64,000 bases of DNA from Acidobacteriota bacterium (GCA_965209055.1 OZ242374.1:512001-576000), one strand, 5' to 3'; counted from the first letter of the stretch, positions 27,154 to 36,409 are shown. A program made the numbers and translations. Notes: a model not told the origin generated them from the sequence alone.

Positions 27154-27169
27154 TGCGCCGCGCGTGCCA
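27154..27169 (-). promoter_or_regulatory. Possible sigma-54 (-24/-12) promoter upstream of the oxygenase-MMPL operon
   Basis: Minus strand TGGCACGCGCGGCGCA: perfect TGGCACG and correct GG-N10-GC spacing, but the TT before -12 GC is missing. Confidence 0.25.
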
Positions 27170-27419
27170 GCCAATCACATGCGGATGCGCCGAAAGTGCC
27201 CGCCGTAAAGGGTTTTATGCTCGATCCAATTCCCTGGACCGAGTCAGCAACAAATCATAGCACACAGTAACGACCCCCCTCCCATTTTCAGGAAGGCCGC
27301 TGCCGGATCAAATATCCCGGCCGCAGGATTGATCAACCGGCGGTTTCCGGCCCCATGCACGTTGTCGCATTCCGGTCATTGATCCAGAGTCCGGGAGTCT
27401 GATCGAACCCGTCAACCGG

Positions 27420-28697
27420 CTACGGGCGCTCCGCACCAGGCGTCCCGGATCCCGCTATGACGCGAGCCGCCATCTGACCGGAACGAACTGCGCTCTCGAT
27501 GGTTGCGGGCAGACCCGTGTCGATCCAATCCCCGGCCAGAAACAGGTTGGCGAACTCGCTTCCGGTCGAGGGACGGCGCCTCACCTGGCCGGGCGTCTGC
27601 GCGAACGTGGCGCGCTTTTCCTTGACGACGCGGCAGCGGGGTATCCTTTCGCGCTCCTGGCCCAACGCCGCCGCAACGTCGTTCCAACTCCTGCGGGCAA
27701 TGACTTCTGCCGGCTCGCCTGCCAGTGCGTCCGCTGCGCTGACGGTGACGGAAGCCACGTCGCCGCGAATGAAGAGCCACTGCGCGGTTCCCCCGATCAG
27801 TCCGAGGAGAGGAAGCTCCGGCGGCATTCCGGCCGGTTTGGACAACCGGAAATGAGCGTTGACGATGGCGTGGGTTTCGCCGGGGACGGACAACCCCGGC
27901 ACCAGCTCCGCCGCAGCCAGAGGAGGAACAGCCAGTACCACGGACCCGCCTTCCCGCAATCGTATTCTTTCGGAGCCGAAGTCCAGACCGTTCGCGCGGC
28001 GGCCCCGGTAGCTGATCCTGCGTAATCGGCGGCCGAACCGAACCGTCGCGCCCCTTTGGTGAAGGAACTTCAGGGCCGGGTCCACGAAGGCGGCGGAGAG
28101 TCCTGTCTTGGCGATCCGCGGCCGGCAGGCCGCCTCCCCTCGGGCGAATGTCTCACGCAAAACGGACCACAGGAGCCTCGCCGCCCCGGATCGAGCCGGC
28201 GTATTCAATGCACCGACCGCCAGCGGTTTCCAGAATCTCTCGAAGAGAACGCCGGTTCCTCCGACGCAGTCGGTCACGGTCGCGTCGGCACCCGCCGTGA
28301 CGAACCGCAGCGCCGAAAAGTAATTCCAGACCCTTGTGTCCGGCACCCGCCGCCCGGACTTCAGGATCCACCACGGGAGTCGTCCGGCATTCGGCCGCAG
28401 CAGCCACCTTTGACCCGTGCGCAAATCCAGGAACGGAAAGCAGGCGGAAGCCGGGCCGATCAGAAAGTCGGCGGCCTCGATGTCAGCCAGGTAGCGCATC
28501 GCGGCGCGGTTGCCGCTCAGCAGCAGATGGTTGCCGTTGTCTATCGTGCGCTCAAGCTTGGCATCGGCGTAGGAGCGGCAGCGGCCTCCCGCATGGCCGC
28601 CCGCTTCGTAGAGCGTCACGTCCCGGCCTCGCCGCACCAGCGACACCGCGGTGGCGAGACCCGCCAAACCGGCGCCGATGACGTGGGTTCGGGGCAC
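27420..28697 (-). CDS. hpnE: Hydroxysqualene dehydroxylase (FAD-dependent)
   Basis: VIGAGLAGL, GGRCRSY, DNGNHLLLSGN, EKRATF, LAGDW..TGLPATIESAVRSG; follows hpnCD. Confidence 0.92.
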   Translation of the reverse strand: MPRTHVIGAGLAGLATAVSLVRRGRDVTLYEAGGHAGGRCRSYADAKLERTIDNGNHLLLSGNRAAMRYLADIEAADFLIGPASACFPFLDLRTGQRWLLRPNAGRLPWWILKSGRRVPDTRVWNYFSALRFVTAGADATVTDCVGGTGVLFERFWKPLAVGALNTPARSGAARLLWSVLRETFARGEAACRPRIAKTGLSAAFVDPALKFLHQRGATVRFGRRLRRISYRGRRANGLDFGSERIRLREGGSVVLAVPPLAAAELVPGLSVPGETHAIVNAHFRLSKPAGMPPELPLLGLIGGTAQWLFIRGDVASVTVSAADALAGEPAEVIARRSWNDVAAALGQERERIPRCRVVKEKRATFAQTPGQVRRRPSTGSEFANLFLAGDWIDTGLPATIESAVRSGQMAARVIAGSGTPGAERP

Positions 28698-28709
28698 GGT
28701 GAAACTCCG

Positions 28710-29642
28710 TCAGCACAGACCGTAACGCAGAGCGAGCAGCAGCTTCCGGAACCGCGTCAGCCGGATGCCGACGTCGAGCCGCGTCCATCCCCGCTCTTCC
28801 AGGCGATCGAGCAATTCCCGGTACACCGCCATCATGAGAACGGCAGGGCGAATCCTCCGCCATCCGAATTCGGCGATGAGTCTTTCGGTTTCGGCGTAGT
28901 AACCTCGAGCGAGACCGGCCAGTTCGGCGCAGGCTGCGCTAAAGCCTGGATGACTCAGGGTTGCGTTCAACGACGTGGCGGCGACGCCGTGCTTGCTCAG
29001 CAACTCCTGTGGCACGTAGAGCCGATGCAACGCCGCATCCGCCTTCAGGTCACGAAGGATATTCGTCAGTTGCAAAGCGTTCCCCAGCGTCTCGGCGATT
29101 TGAAATCCGGGGTTGCGCGGCACGCCGAAAGCATGGATGGACAGCCTGCCGACAGCTCCCGCGACCTTGCGGCAATAGTGCAACAAATCATCCAGGTCCT
29201 GCATCCGCACGGTGGGCCCGGCATCGATTTCCATACCCTCGATCACCGCCAGGAATTCCTCTTGCGGCAAGTTGTAACGGCGCACCGGTTTCAACAGTGC
29301 CCTCGTGGTCGGCCAATTCGGCTCCCCCGCATAGAGCCGGTCAATCTCTTGCCTCCATGCCGCCAGCGCTCGCCTCTTGTCGGCGTCTTCGCCCGGTTCG
29401 TCGGCAATGTCGTCGACTTCCCGGCAGAACGCATAGATGGCGTAGATTGCACGGCGCCGCTCCGCCGAAAGCGCTCTCATGCCCCACAGGAACGACGTGC
29501 CCGAACGCGCTACGACACGATTCACGTGATCCGCGGGATTGATCCGACCGCCGGGCCGGCTTCCCGGTCCGGCTTGCGATCGAGATACCGTCCTCACGTT
29601 GTCAGCCTTCCCGCGGCGGAAACCTTCATGTCGCACAACCAC
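28710..29642 (-). CDS. hpnD: Presqualene diphosphate synthase
   Basis: SGTSF..GMR.L, YAFCREVDDIAD, YC..VAGAVG, LG.ALQLTNILRD, RLY.P. Confidence 0.92.
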   Translation of the reverse strand: MVVRHEGFRRGKADNVRTVSRSQAGPGSRPGGRINPADHVNRVVARSGTSFLWGMRALSAERRRAIYAIYAFCREVDDIADEPGEDADKRRALAAWRQEIDRLYAGEPNWPTTRALLKPVRRYNLPQEEFLAVIEGMEIDAGPTVRMQDLDDLLHYCRKVAGAVGRLSIHAFGVPRNPGFQIAETLGNALQLTNILRDLKADAALHRLYVPQELLSKHGVAATSLNATLSHPGFSAACAELAGLARGYYAETERLIAEFGWRRIRPAVLMMAVYRELLDRLEERGWTRLDVGIRLTRFRKLLLALRYGLC

Positions 29643-29690
29643 TGCGACGTCGGCCCTCCAGCCCGCGTTTCTTCATCGGAAACACGACGA

Positions 29691-30578
29691 TCATGTTACT
29701 TGTTCGGCTTCGGTGCGCCGACGCCGGACCCTCACGAGCAAGGTCCGGCCGATTCCACGCCAAAAGCAGGCCGCGTACTGAACCTTGGTCAGCACGACCC
29801 GTTCGGCCAAAGGGTCCCGCCGGCGCAACTCCCTGCTGAGCTTCCGGGCGATGGCTACGATCACGGCCGTTTCCATGGCGAAACGAAGGTTGCGAAACCG
29901 GTCCGGCAGGCGATCCGCCGACTCCAACAACGTCTCGGTTGCATCGAGGCACCGATTCAATACTCGCCTGAGCGCCGGAGTCGAACGCCTGCGTCCCAGC
30001 ACCTCGACACCGGCCCCGGCCGCCGCCATCCAGTTCTGAGGAAGATAGACCCGGTTCAACGAACGGTAGTCAGGTCCGCAGTCCTGCAGGTGGTTGAGCA
30101 CCTGGAGCGCGTTGCAAAGGGCGTCGCAGGCGGGATACGCGGCCTTCGATTCGCCATGAAGGTCGACCAGGTAGCGCCCCACGGGCGCCGCCGAAAGATC
30201 ACAGTAACCGATGAGATCGTTCCAGTCGGCATACCGCAGTTTGGTCGCGTCCTGAATGAAGGCGCGCGTCAGATCGACACAATGCCGATGGGTGACCTGC
30301 GTGATCTCCAGACTGCGGCGGACGGCGTGAGCTTTGCCAAAAGCCGGATCACCTGTTTCGGCGCCCCTCACCGCTCTGGCGAAGCCGTCCAGTCGTTCGA
30401 TCTTGTCTCCCGGATCCAGGTCGGGGTTGTCGGCAATATCGTCGATCGCCCGGGCATAGGCATAGAAGGTTGCAATATGAGGTCTCAGGTGCGCCGGCAG
30501 CAACCAGGAGCCGACGGGGAAGTTCTCATCCGCCGCAGCTTTGCCGGACGGCGTCTCCATGGCAGCGGCCCTGTCCAT
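29691..30578 (-). CDS. hpnC: Hydroxysqualene synthase
   Basis: ENFPVGS.L, Y.YAR..DDIAD, AF.QD..K.RY, YC..SAAPVGR, C.ALQ.LNHLQD, RVYLP. Confidence 0.92.
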   Translation of the reverse strand: MDRAAAMETPSGKAAADENFPVGSWLLPAHLRPHIATFYAYARAIDDIADNPDLDPGDKIERLDGFARAVRGAETGDPAFGKAHAVRRSLEITQVTHRHCVDLTRAFIQDATKLRYADWNDLIGYCDLSAAPVGRYLVDLHGESKAAYPACDALCNALQVLNHLQDCGPDYRSLNRVYLPQNWMAAAGAGVEVLGRRRSTPALRRVLNRCLDATETLLESADRLPDRFRNLRFAMETAVIVAIARKLSRELRRRDPLAERVVLTKVQYAACFWRGIGRTLLVRVRRRRTEAEQVT

Positions 30579-30757
30579 CGCGAACCCATAGGCGACCGAT
30601 CAGATCGCTCGCGTGTTTGACAGCACCGGGGGTTGGGAGCCTGGAACTGCCAACGTCAGGCTATGGCGAAAGTTGCCGTCCCTACCAACCGCCGCGCCGG
30701 CGTGGCGCGCTTGGAGCCGGGAGGAGTTGGAGCGCGCCGCCATGGCGGATCCCGGCG

Positions 30758-31177
30758 TCACTCGGCCAACTCTTTGACCAGGGTCAGGTAGTTTCTACCT
30801 CCGTCGCGGCGATAGTGCATCTCGTCCATCATGGTGCGCACCAGGTAGACACCCAGACCGCCCACGGCACGGTCTGCGACTCCGGAGTCCAGATCGGGCG
30901 AGGGCGCATCCTCCAACGGATCGAAGGGAAGGCCATTGTCCACGATCTCGATGGTGAGCGTTCCCGGTTCCGAGGTCAAAGTGATCTCGATCTCATGGAG
31001 ATCGTCGGTCCTGCCATGGTTGATGATGTTGAGTCCCAACTCCTCGAGCACCAGATTGACTCGAAAGACGAGTTGCGGGGGCCATTTCTCGGCGTCGCCG
31101 AATTCTTCCACGGCGGCTGTGATCGTATCCAATTCTTCGGCCCTGGGTTCAACCTTCAGGGCCAGCTTCCGGCTCAA
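30758..31177 (-). CDS. Anti-sigma factor / Ser kinase, RsbW-like (copy 2)
   Basis: LVLEELGLNIINHG, DNG.PFDP, GGLGVYLVR.MMD...Y.R; same length (139 aa) as copy 1. Confidence 0.9.
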   Translation of the reverse strand: MSRKLALKVEPRAEELDTITAAVEEFGDAEKWPPQLVFRVNLVLEELGLNIINHGRTDDLHEIEITLTSEPGTLTIEIVDNGLPFDPLEDAPSPDLDSGVADRAVGGLGVYLVRTMMDEMHYRRDGGRNYLTLVKELAE

Positions 31178-32364
31178 CGATCGCTCTCCCTTCGATAGAG
31201 CACCATGCAGGTGATGTCGTCCGATTGAGGAGTATCCCCGACGAAGTCCCTGACCGCCTCGAAGACCGCGTTGTTGGCCTCCTCGGAATCTTTCGGGGGC
31301 CCATCCGCAAAGATCTCGAACAGACGTTCCGTACCGAACTCTTCGCCGTCGTCGTCCATGGCCTCGGTGACGCCGTCGGTGTAGAAAATCACGGTGTCTC
31401 CGGGTGAAAGGACCACGGTGTTTTCGTGGAAATCGAGGTCGGGAATCACGCCCAGGGCGATCCCATGAGTGAGAGGAAGCAGAGAGGAGCGTCCGTCGGC
31501 ATGGACGACCAGCGGGGAGTTGTGTCCGCCGTTGGCGTAGGTCAGTTCTCCGCTGGCCGGATTGTACACCGCGTACAGGAGGGTGACGAACATGGCGGCG
31601 TCGTTGTCCTCGTCAAGCAGGTTATTGACCTCCCCCAGGACCCGGCCCGGATCCAGAGTTCCGATGGCGGCGCCCTTGAGCAGAGTCCGGCTGGACATCA
31701 TGAAGAGCGCGGCAGGCACTCCCTTGTCCGAAACGTCCGCAATGGCCAGGCCGACCCGGCCTTCGTGGAGGTAGATGACATCGTAAAAATCTCCGCCCAC
31801 ATTGCGAGCCGCCTCCATGCTGGCGGACACTTCGTAGTCGGTGCCCTTGGGGAACTGACTGGGAAGGATGGATTGCTGCATCTGGTTGGCGACATTGAGT
31901 TCGTTCTGCAACGCGACCAGCTTGTCCCGCGAAGCCAGGGCCTCGCGCCACTCCATCATGTGCTGGACCGTCCGGTCGATGGTGATTCGAAGGTCTTTGA
32001 AATCCAGCGGCTTGGTGACGAAGTCAAACGCTCCCCGGTTCATCGCCGTCCGGATATTCTTCATGTCCCCGTACGCCGAAATGATGACGGAACGGATGTT
32101 GGGATCGACCTTGGGGATCTGCTGCAACAACGTGAGCCCATCCATTTGGGGCATGTTGATGTCTGACAGCACCATGTCGATGTCCTGCTCCTCGTTCAGG
32201 CGTTCGAGAGCTTCGACACCATTTCGGGCAAACACGAAAGTGTACCGGCCGGAGCGTATTGGCCGCCGCATACGCTGAAGCATGAGCGGCTCAAGATCCG
32301 GTTCGTCGTCCACCACCAGGATCTTGCACGGACGGTTCATCAGGTCCAAATCATTCGTTCCCAC
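31174..32364 (-). CDS. Response-regulator receiver fused to SpoIIE/PP2C phosphatase (RsbU/RsbY-like)
   Basis: REC: ILVVDDE, SDINMP.MDG, SAYGD, GAFDFVTKP. PP2C: VGGDFYD, ADVSDKGVPAA, NGGH, YTDGVTEA, QSDDIT. Confidence 0.92.
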   Translation of the reverse strand: MGTNDLDLMNRPCKILVVDDEPDLEPLMLQRMRRPIRSGRYTFVFARNGVEALERLNEEQDIDMVLSDINMPQMDGLTLLQQIPKVDPNIRSVIISAYGDMKNIRTAMNRGAFDFVTKPLDFKDLRITIDRTVQHMMEWREALASRDKLVALQNELNVANQMQQSILPSQFPKGTDYEVSASMEAARNVGGDFYDVIYLHEGRVGLAIADVSDKGVPAALFMMSSRTLLKGAAIGTLDPGRVLGEVNNLLDEDNDAAMFVTLLYAVYNPASGELTYANGGHNSPLVVHADGRSSLLPLTHGIALGVIPDLDFHENTVVLSPGDTVIFYTDGVTEAMDDDGEEFGTERLFEIFADGPPKDSEEANNAVFEAVRDFVGDTPQSDDITCMVLYRRESDR

Positions 32365-32536
32365 TTCATGTCTCCCGTAGACTCCGGCGCAAGCCTACTC
32401 GTTCCGAAAATCCATACACCACGCCGGGAGCCGGTCGCAGCAATTACGTCCGTTTCCCGGCATTGGCCGCCATTGGGGGCCAGAAATTCTCATTATGCGA
32501 CGTTGTCGCCACCTGTCTGACGGATGCGCCCCCCAA

Positions 32537-32896
32537 TCAAGGGTACTTGGGGACTGCCTGCTCGCCAAGGGCGGCGAGCGCATCGGAACGGGTCTCAAGG
32601 GTCGGGATGATCCGGTTGAAACCACTGATCTCAAAGACCTCGTTGATTGATTCCGAGAGCGAACAGACCACGAACTTCCCGCCCCGCCCCTGGAGAATTT
32701 TTGCAGCCATCAAAATGACCCGAAGACCCGCGCTGCTGATGTAGGAGAGAGACTGCAGATCCAGGATCAACAAACTGTCATCCTTGCCGAGCGCCGCATG
32801 CAGGGCATTCTCGAATTCACGCGCGTTGGCGCCATCGATACGGCCCACGGCCCGGGCGATCAAGGCGCCACCTTCCCGCTCCGCGTGAACCTCCAT
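32537..32896 (-). CDS. STAS-domain anti-sigma antagonist, RsbV-like (copy 2)
   Basis: MEVHAEREGG..., LSYISSAGLR; 83 of 112 positions identical to copy 1 by my hand count. Confidence 0.9.
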   Translation of the reverse strand: MEVHAEREGGALIARAVGRIDGANAREFENALHAALGKDDSLLILDLQSLSYISSAGLRVILMAAKILQGRGGKFVVCSLSESINEVFEISGFNRIIPTLETRSDALAALGEQAVPKYP

Positions 32897-33085
32897 CAAA
32901 TAGACTCCCTGAAAATATGGGCCGGATATTCGCTTCTGCCCGGGGACAACGTAACCGCACGGAATCATAGCAAAGCCATTCCCGGTTCACAATTCGCTCC
33001 AAACAGCCTGGCCGGCGAATTTCGTCCGGCCGGTTGCGTGGGTTTCTCAAGGAACATTGACACATGACGTCTCCCGGGAGCCTCG

Positions 33086-34501
33086 TTGACCCGAATTTGG
33101 TATTGCCGCGGCTGGGCAGTATCCTGGCCAGACTGTCCGTGGCGAACTTCCCCGCGGACCAATCTGGGAGGCCACGTCGTGAGATCCGTTCCAACTCAAA
33201 TTCGCGCATTCAGGAGCGTTGCTGCGAGCCGGCCCCGGATCGGGTGCCTGTTGCTCTTGTCCGGCGTCCTGGCGGGGTGCCAGACCGGCCAGGTTCCCGC
33301 GGACGCCCCGCCGGGGAGGGTTTCCACCCCTGACCCGGGTCCGGTTCGTTTCACCGAGCACCTGATCATGGACGGCTACGCCTATCCCTACGGCATCTGG
33401 GCCGCCGACCTGGACAAGGACGGAGACCTGGACCTGACCAGTGCGGATTACACTCCCGCCAACGACCTCTACTGGTTCCGAAATGACGGTTCCGGCACCT
33501 TCACGCGCCGCTTCATCCAGAAGGACGATCCGGAGCGGCTGGAGCGGCACATGGTGAGCGACGTCAACCAGGACACCCACCCCGATGTCGTGATCGTCAA
33601 GAATCTGTACGGTCACCTCCTCTGGTTCCAGAATCCCGGAAACCACGACACCCCGGAACTGTGGAAGCGGCACGTCATCACCACGCGGCTGGCCGGCGCC
33701 TACAACGTCGCGGTCTCGGACCTGGACGGCGACGGCGATCCGGACGTGGCCGCCTCCTCCTGGAGGATGGGGAACCAGTTCGCCTGGTTCGAGAACCCGG
33801 GGACGCTGTGCAATGGTCCGCCGACTCAACTCTGTTATGAAGAGGGGCAGGAGTGGCCCAAGCACTTGATTGACGCCAACGTTGCCGAGACCCGTTGCAT
33901 CCGGGTGGCCGACGTGGACGGCGACGGCGACGAAGACCTCATGGGAACGGCGGCCGCCGACGGGCTGGTCCTCTGGTACGAAAACAGCGGCGATCCGGTA
34001 TCCCGGCCCTGGAAGCGTCACCTCATAGACGACCCTGTCCGACCCGCGCACGGGAATCCGGTCGACATGGATGGTGACGGCGATCCGGATCTGGTTCTGG
34101 CCCTGGGCATGGGCGTGCGGCCGGGCGCGGAGGACCGGTCCGGAGTCGTCTGGTACGAAAACGACGGCACCCCCGGCGACGGCCCGTGGCCCCGGCACAC
34201 CATCCTGGAACCTCTTCCCGGCGCCTTCGAGGCGGTGGCGGGCGATCTGGACGGCGACGGCGACCCGGACGTGGCGGCCACGGCGTGGGGCCCCGCAGGG
34301 CAGGTCGTCTGGCTCGAGAATCCCGGGAACCCCCGGTCGAAGTGGCCCGCCCACTCCCTGAAGACTTCCTGGCCCCGCGCCAATATGGTCATCATGGCCG
34401 ATTTGGATGGGGACCAGGATCTGGACGTGGCGGCCGTGGCCGAGATCGGAAGCAACGAGTTCCGCTGGTGGCAAAACCAAGGCGCGGGAGCCGGGGATTG
34501 A
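33086..34501 (+). CDS. FG-GAP/VCBS repeat seven-bladed propeller lipoprotein (true start probably near 33180)
   Basis: Lipobox VLAGC; seven DxDxDGxxD-type motifs, each followed by W(F/Y)xN. Confidence 0.85.
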   Translation: MTRIWYCRGWAVSWPDCPWRTSPRTNLGGHVVRSVPTQIRAFRSVAASRPRIGCLLLLSGVLAGCQTGQVPADAPPGRVSTPDPGPVRFTEHLIMDGYAYPYGIWAADLDKDGDLDLTSADYTPANDLYWFRNDGSGTFTRRFIQKDDPERLERHMVSDVNQDTHPDVVIVKNLYGHLLWFQNPGNHDTPELWKRHVITTRLAGAYNVAVSDLDGDGDPDVAASSWRMGNQFAWFENPGTLCNGPPTQLCYEEGQEWPKHLIDANVAETRCIRVADVDGDGDEDLMGTAAADGLVLWYENSGDPVSRPWKRHLIDDPVRPAHGNPVDMDGDGDPDLVLALGMGVRPGAEDRSGVVWYENDGTPGDGPWPRHTILEPLPGAFEAVAGDLDGDGDPDVAATAWGPAGQVVWLENPGNPRSKWPAHSLKTSWPRANMVIMADLDGDQDLDVAAVAEIGSNEFRWWQNQGAGAGD

Positions 34502-34514
34502 GGGAGGGTCGGAC

Positions 34515-35891
34515 TCAGGCGTAATCGAACAGCGGCGGGAAGCCGACCGCCACGAAACCGGCCCAGACCGCATAGACCGGAAGATACGCCGTCTGCCAGC
34601 GCTCCAGAGCGAGGAACGAACCGCGTCCGACCAGGAAGCGCCCGTAGATCCAGGCCGACCACGCCAGATTGACCAGCAAAATCAGGTTCTCGCCCAGCGC
34701 TGCCACCCGGTTGGGGCTGAATCCGAACTCGGAGATGCGAGTCGCGATGGCCGCCAGAGCCAGAAGGTCGACGATCAGAGCGCTGACCACCAGCACGAAT
34801 TGCAGCACGTCGAAGGCATCCGGCGGCGTCTTCGGGTCACGTGCCGACACGGCATAGAGCAACAGGCCCAGCACCAGCGCCAGCAGCAAATCGAAACCGA
34901 TCAGCACTTCCCGCTCCACGTCGATGCCGCTGCCGGTCCAGGCCATGGTCGCCAGAAAGGCCAGCAGGACCAGGGTGAACAGGGGGGTGAACAGACGCGT
35001 CAGGACGGGCGCCATGTTTTCGATGACGCTCTGCTTGGCCTCCACCAGCCAGGCCCCGATGATGACGGCCCCCGCGGCGCCGCAGGGCAGCAGCCACTTC
35101 TCGGCCAGCCCCTCCACATCGAGGCCGATGGATTTGAACATGACCCCGGTGAAGCCCGTCAGCACGACTCCGCCCAAGGCGATCAGCACGTAGTAGATGA
35201 ACAACTCGCCGGAGAAACGGATGAAGTCCATGCGCCCGCCCCCGCGGCGCCAACGTCCGCCCGCGTAGGCGATTCCCACGACCAGCCAGAGCGCGATCGG
35301 CAGGTGAAGCGCCGCGAGCACCTCCGTGTGCCCGCCGGCCTTGAAGGGGAGAAGGTTCATGAAGAGGGCCGCCGCGACGAAGGGGAGCGCCAACCAGAGG
35401 CAACGGAGATCGAGAGTGCGCCGTTTCCAGACGAAGTAGCCCGTGAGGAGAGGCAAGACCAGGAGGCTGATGTTCCGGGGGTAGAATCCGTCGCCGTAGC
35501 CGATTTGGGAGTGGCCGAAGAGTTCGGGCGCCTTGACGGCCAGCGCGGCGGCCACGGCCACGCAGACGGCCACCGCCGTCTCCACAAACCCGGCCCGGCC
35601 CGGCTCGCCGCCTTCCCCGTTCACCAGCACCAGTTGTTTCCAGAGACGCTCCGAATGCTCCCGCGCGAACTCGCGCGAAAGAGCGTCCAGGCTGCCCATC
35701 CGCTTGACTCCCAACAGAAAGGCTTCGTCCGGCGCCAACCCGGCGTCGATCAACTCCTTCACCTGTTCCCGCAGATGGCTCTCCAGCTCTTCCACGTCCG
35801 GGTCGAAGATGGCCCGGCGGCGGCGCAGATAGGCGCGCCACTCCGCGATCTGTCCCTCCAGAGCCTCCCGTTGTCGACCGGATGCGGACAT
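34515..35891 (-). CDS. Permease-prefix-domain membrane protein
   Basis: D.EELE.HL...V.EL...GL..DEAF...V.RMG followed by multiple TM helices; SPNR.AALG.N. Directly downstream of padR. Confidence 0.8.
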   Translation of the reverse strand: MSASGRQREALEGQIAEWRAYLRRRRAIFDPDVEELESHLREQVKELIDAGLAPDEAFLLGVKRMGSLDALSREFAREHSERLWKQLVLVNGEGGEPGRAGFVETAVAVCVAVAAALAVKAPELFGHSQIGYGDGFYPRNISLLVLPLLTGYFVWKRRTLDLRCLWLALPFVAAALFMNLLPFKAGGHTEVLAALHLPIALWLVVGIAYAGGRWRRGGGRMDFIRFSGELFIYYVLIALGGVVLTGFTGVMFKSIGLDVEGLAEKWLLPCGAAGAVIIGAWLVEAKQSVIENMAPVLTRLFTPLFTLVLLAFLATMAWTGSGIDVEREVLIGFDLLLALVLGLLLYAVSARDPKTPPDAFDVLQFVLVVSALIVDLLALAAIATRISEFGFSPNRVAALGENLILLVNLAWSAWIYGRFLVGRGSFLALERWQTAYLPVYAVWAGFVAVGFPPLFDYA

Positions 35892-35896
35892 TTGCT

Positions 35897-36265
35897 TCAG
35901 CTCTCCTGCGCCTGCGGCTGCCAAGTCGCCGTCCAGGACCTCTCGTGCCAGACGGCCCGAAGCGTGGCGTCCACCACTTGCCACTGCCGCCGCTGGAGCT
36001 CCAGTTGCGTCCGTCCCCGCCGGCTGATCCGATAGTACTTGCGCCTCCGTCCGCTCCTGGAGGTCTCCCACCGCGTCTCGACGTAGCCGAGCCGATCCAT
36101 TCGGTGCAGCACCGGATAGAGCATGCCGTCCGTCCATTGCAACTGCCCTCCGGAGAGCTCCCGGACACGCCTGAGTATGGCGTAACCGTAGCTGTCCCCC
36201 TCGGCCAAAATCGCCAGTACCAGCGGCGTCGCCGAAGCCGCCACCAGGTCCTTGCTGAAATTCAT
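35897..36265 (-). CDS. PadR family transcriptional regulator
   Basis: L.IL..G.SYGYAI, W.DG.LYP.LHR, RRKYYRI...G..L..R.QW. Confidence 0.92.
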   Translation of the reverse strand: MNFSKDLVAASATPLVLAILAEGDSYGYAILRRVRELSGGQLQWTDGMLYPVLHRMDRLGYVETRWETSRSGRRRKYYRISRRGRTQLELQRRQWQVVDATLRAVWHERSWTATWQPQAQES

Positions 36266-36309
36266 TTGGCCTCGCCTCCCGCGCGGACGGCGACAGAGTC
36301 CATGGCTTG

Positions 36310-36350
36310 ATACATAGAAGAATAATGCATTGTACTTCTATGTATGTCAA
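36310..36350 (-). promoter_or_regulatory. Sigma70-type padR promoter overlapped by a palindromic operator
   Basis: Minus strand TTGACA (36350-36345), 17-bp spacer, CATTAT; perfect 11-bp inverted arms atacatagaag (36310-36320) and cttctatgtat (36335-36345). Confidence 0.7.
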
Positions 36351-36409
36351 CCCCTTGGAACGACTTTCGGTGCGCGGCACCTGGCGCCGATAGTAGAATT
36401 CCCCCCGTG

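Noticed and set aside
28056-30620. 854-aa plus-strand ORF, and other long antisense ORFs such as 15342..17582, 47986..50421 and 34407..36035
   Set aside because: They lie antisense to well-supported genes, have no motifs and are expected shadow ORFs in high-GC DNA.
33087-33096. tgacccgaat matching the motif at 59991-60000 (reverse strand) and 61143
   Set aside because: A 10-bp match is expected by chance in 64 kb.
33400-34430. Recurring gacggcgacggcga-type DNA repeats as a CRISPR or tandem array
   Set aside because: They are the coding FG-GAP DxDxDG motifs, degenerate and in frame.
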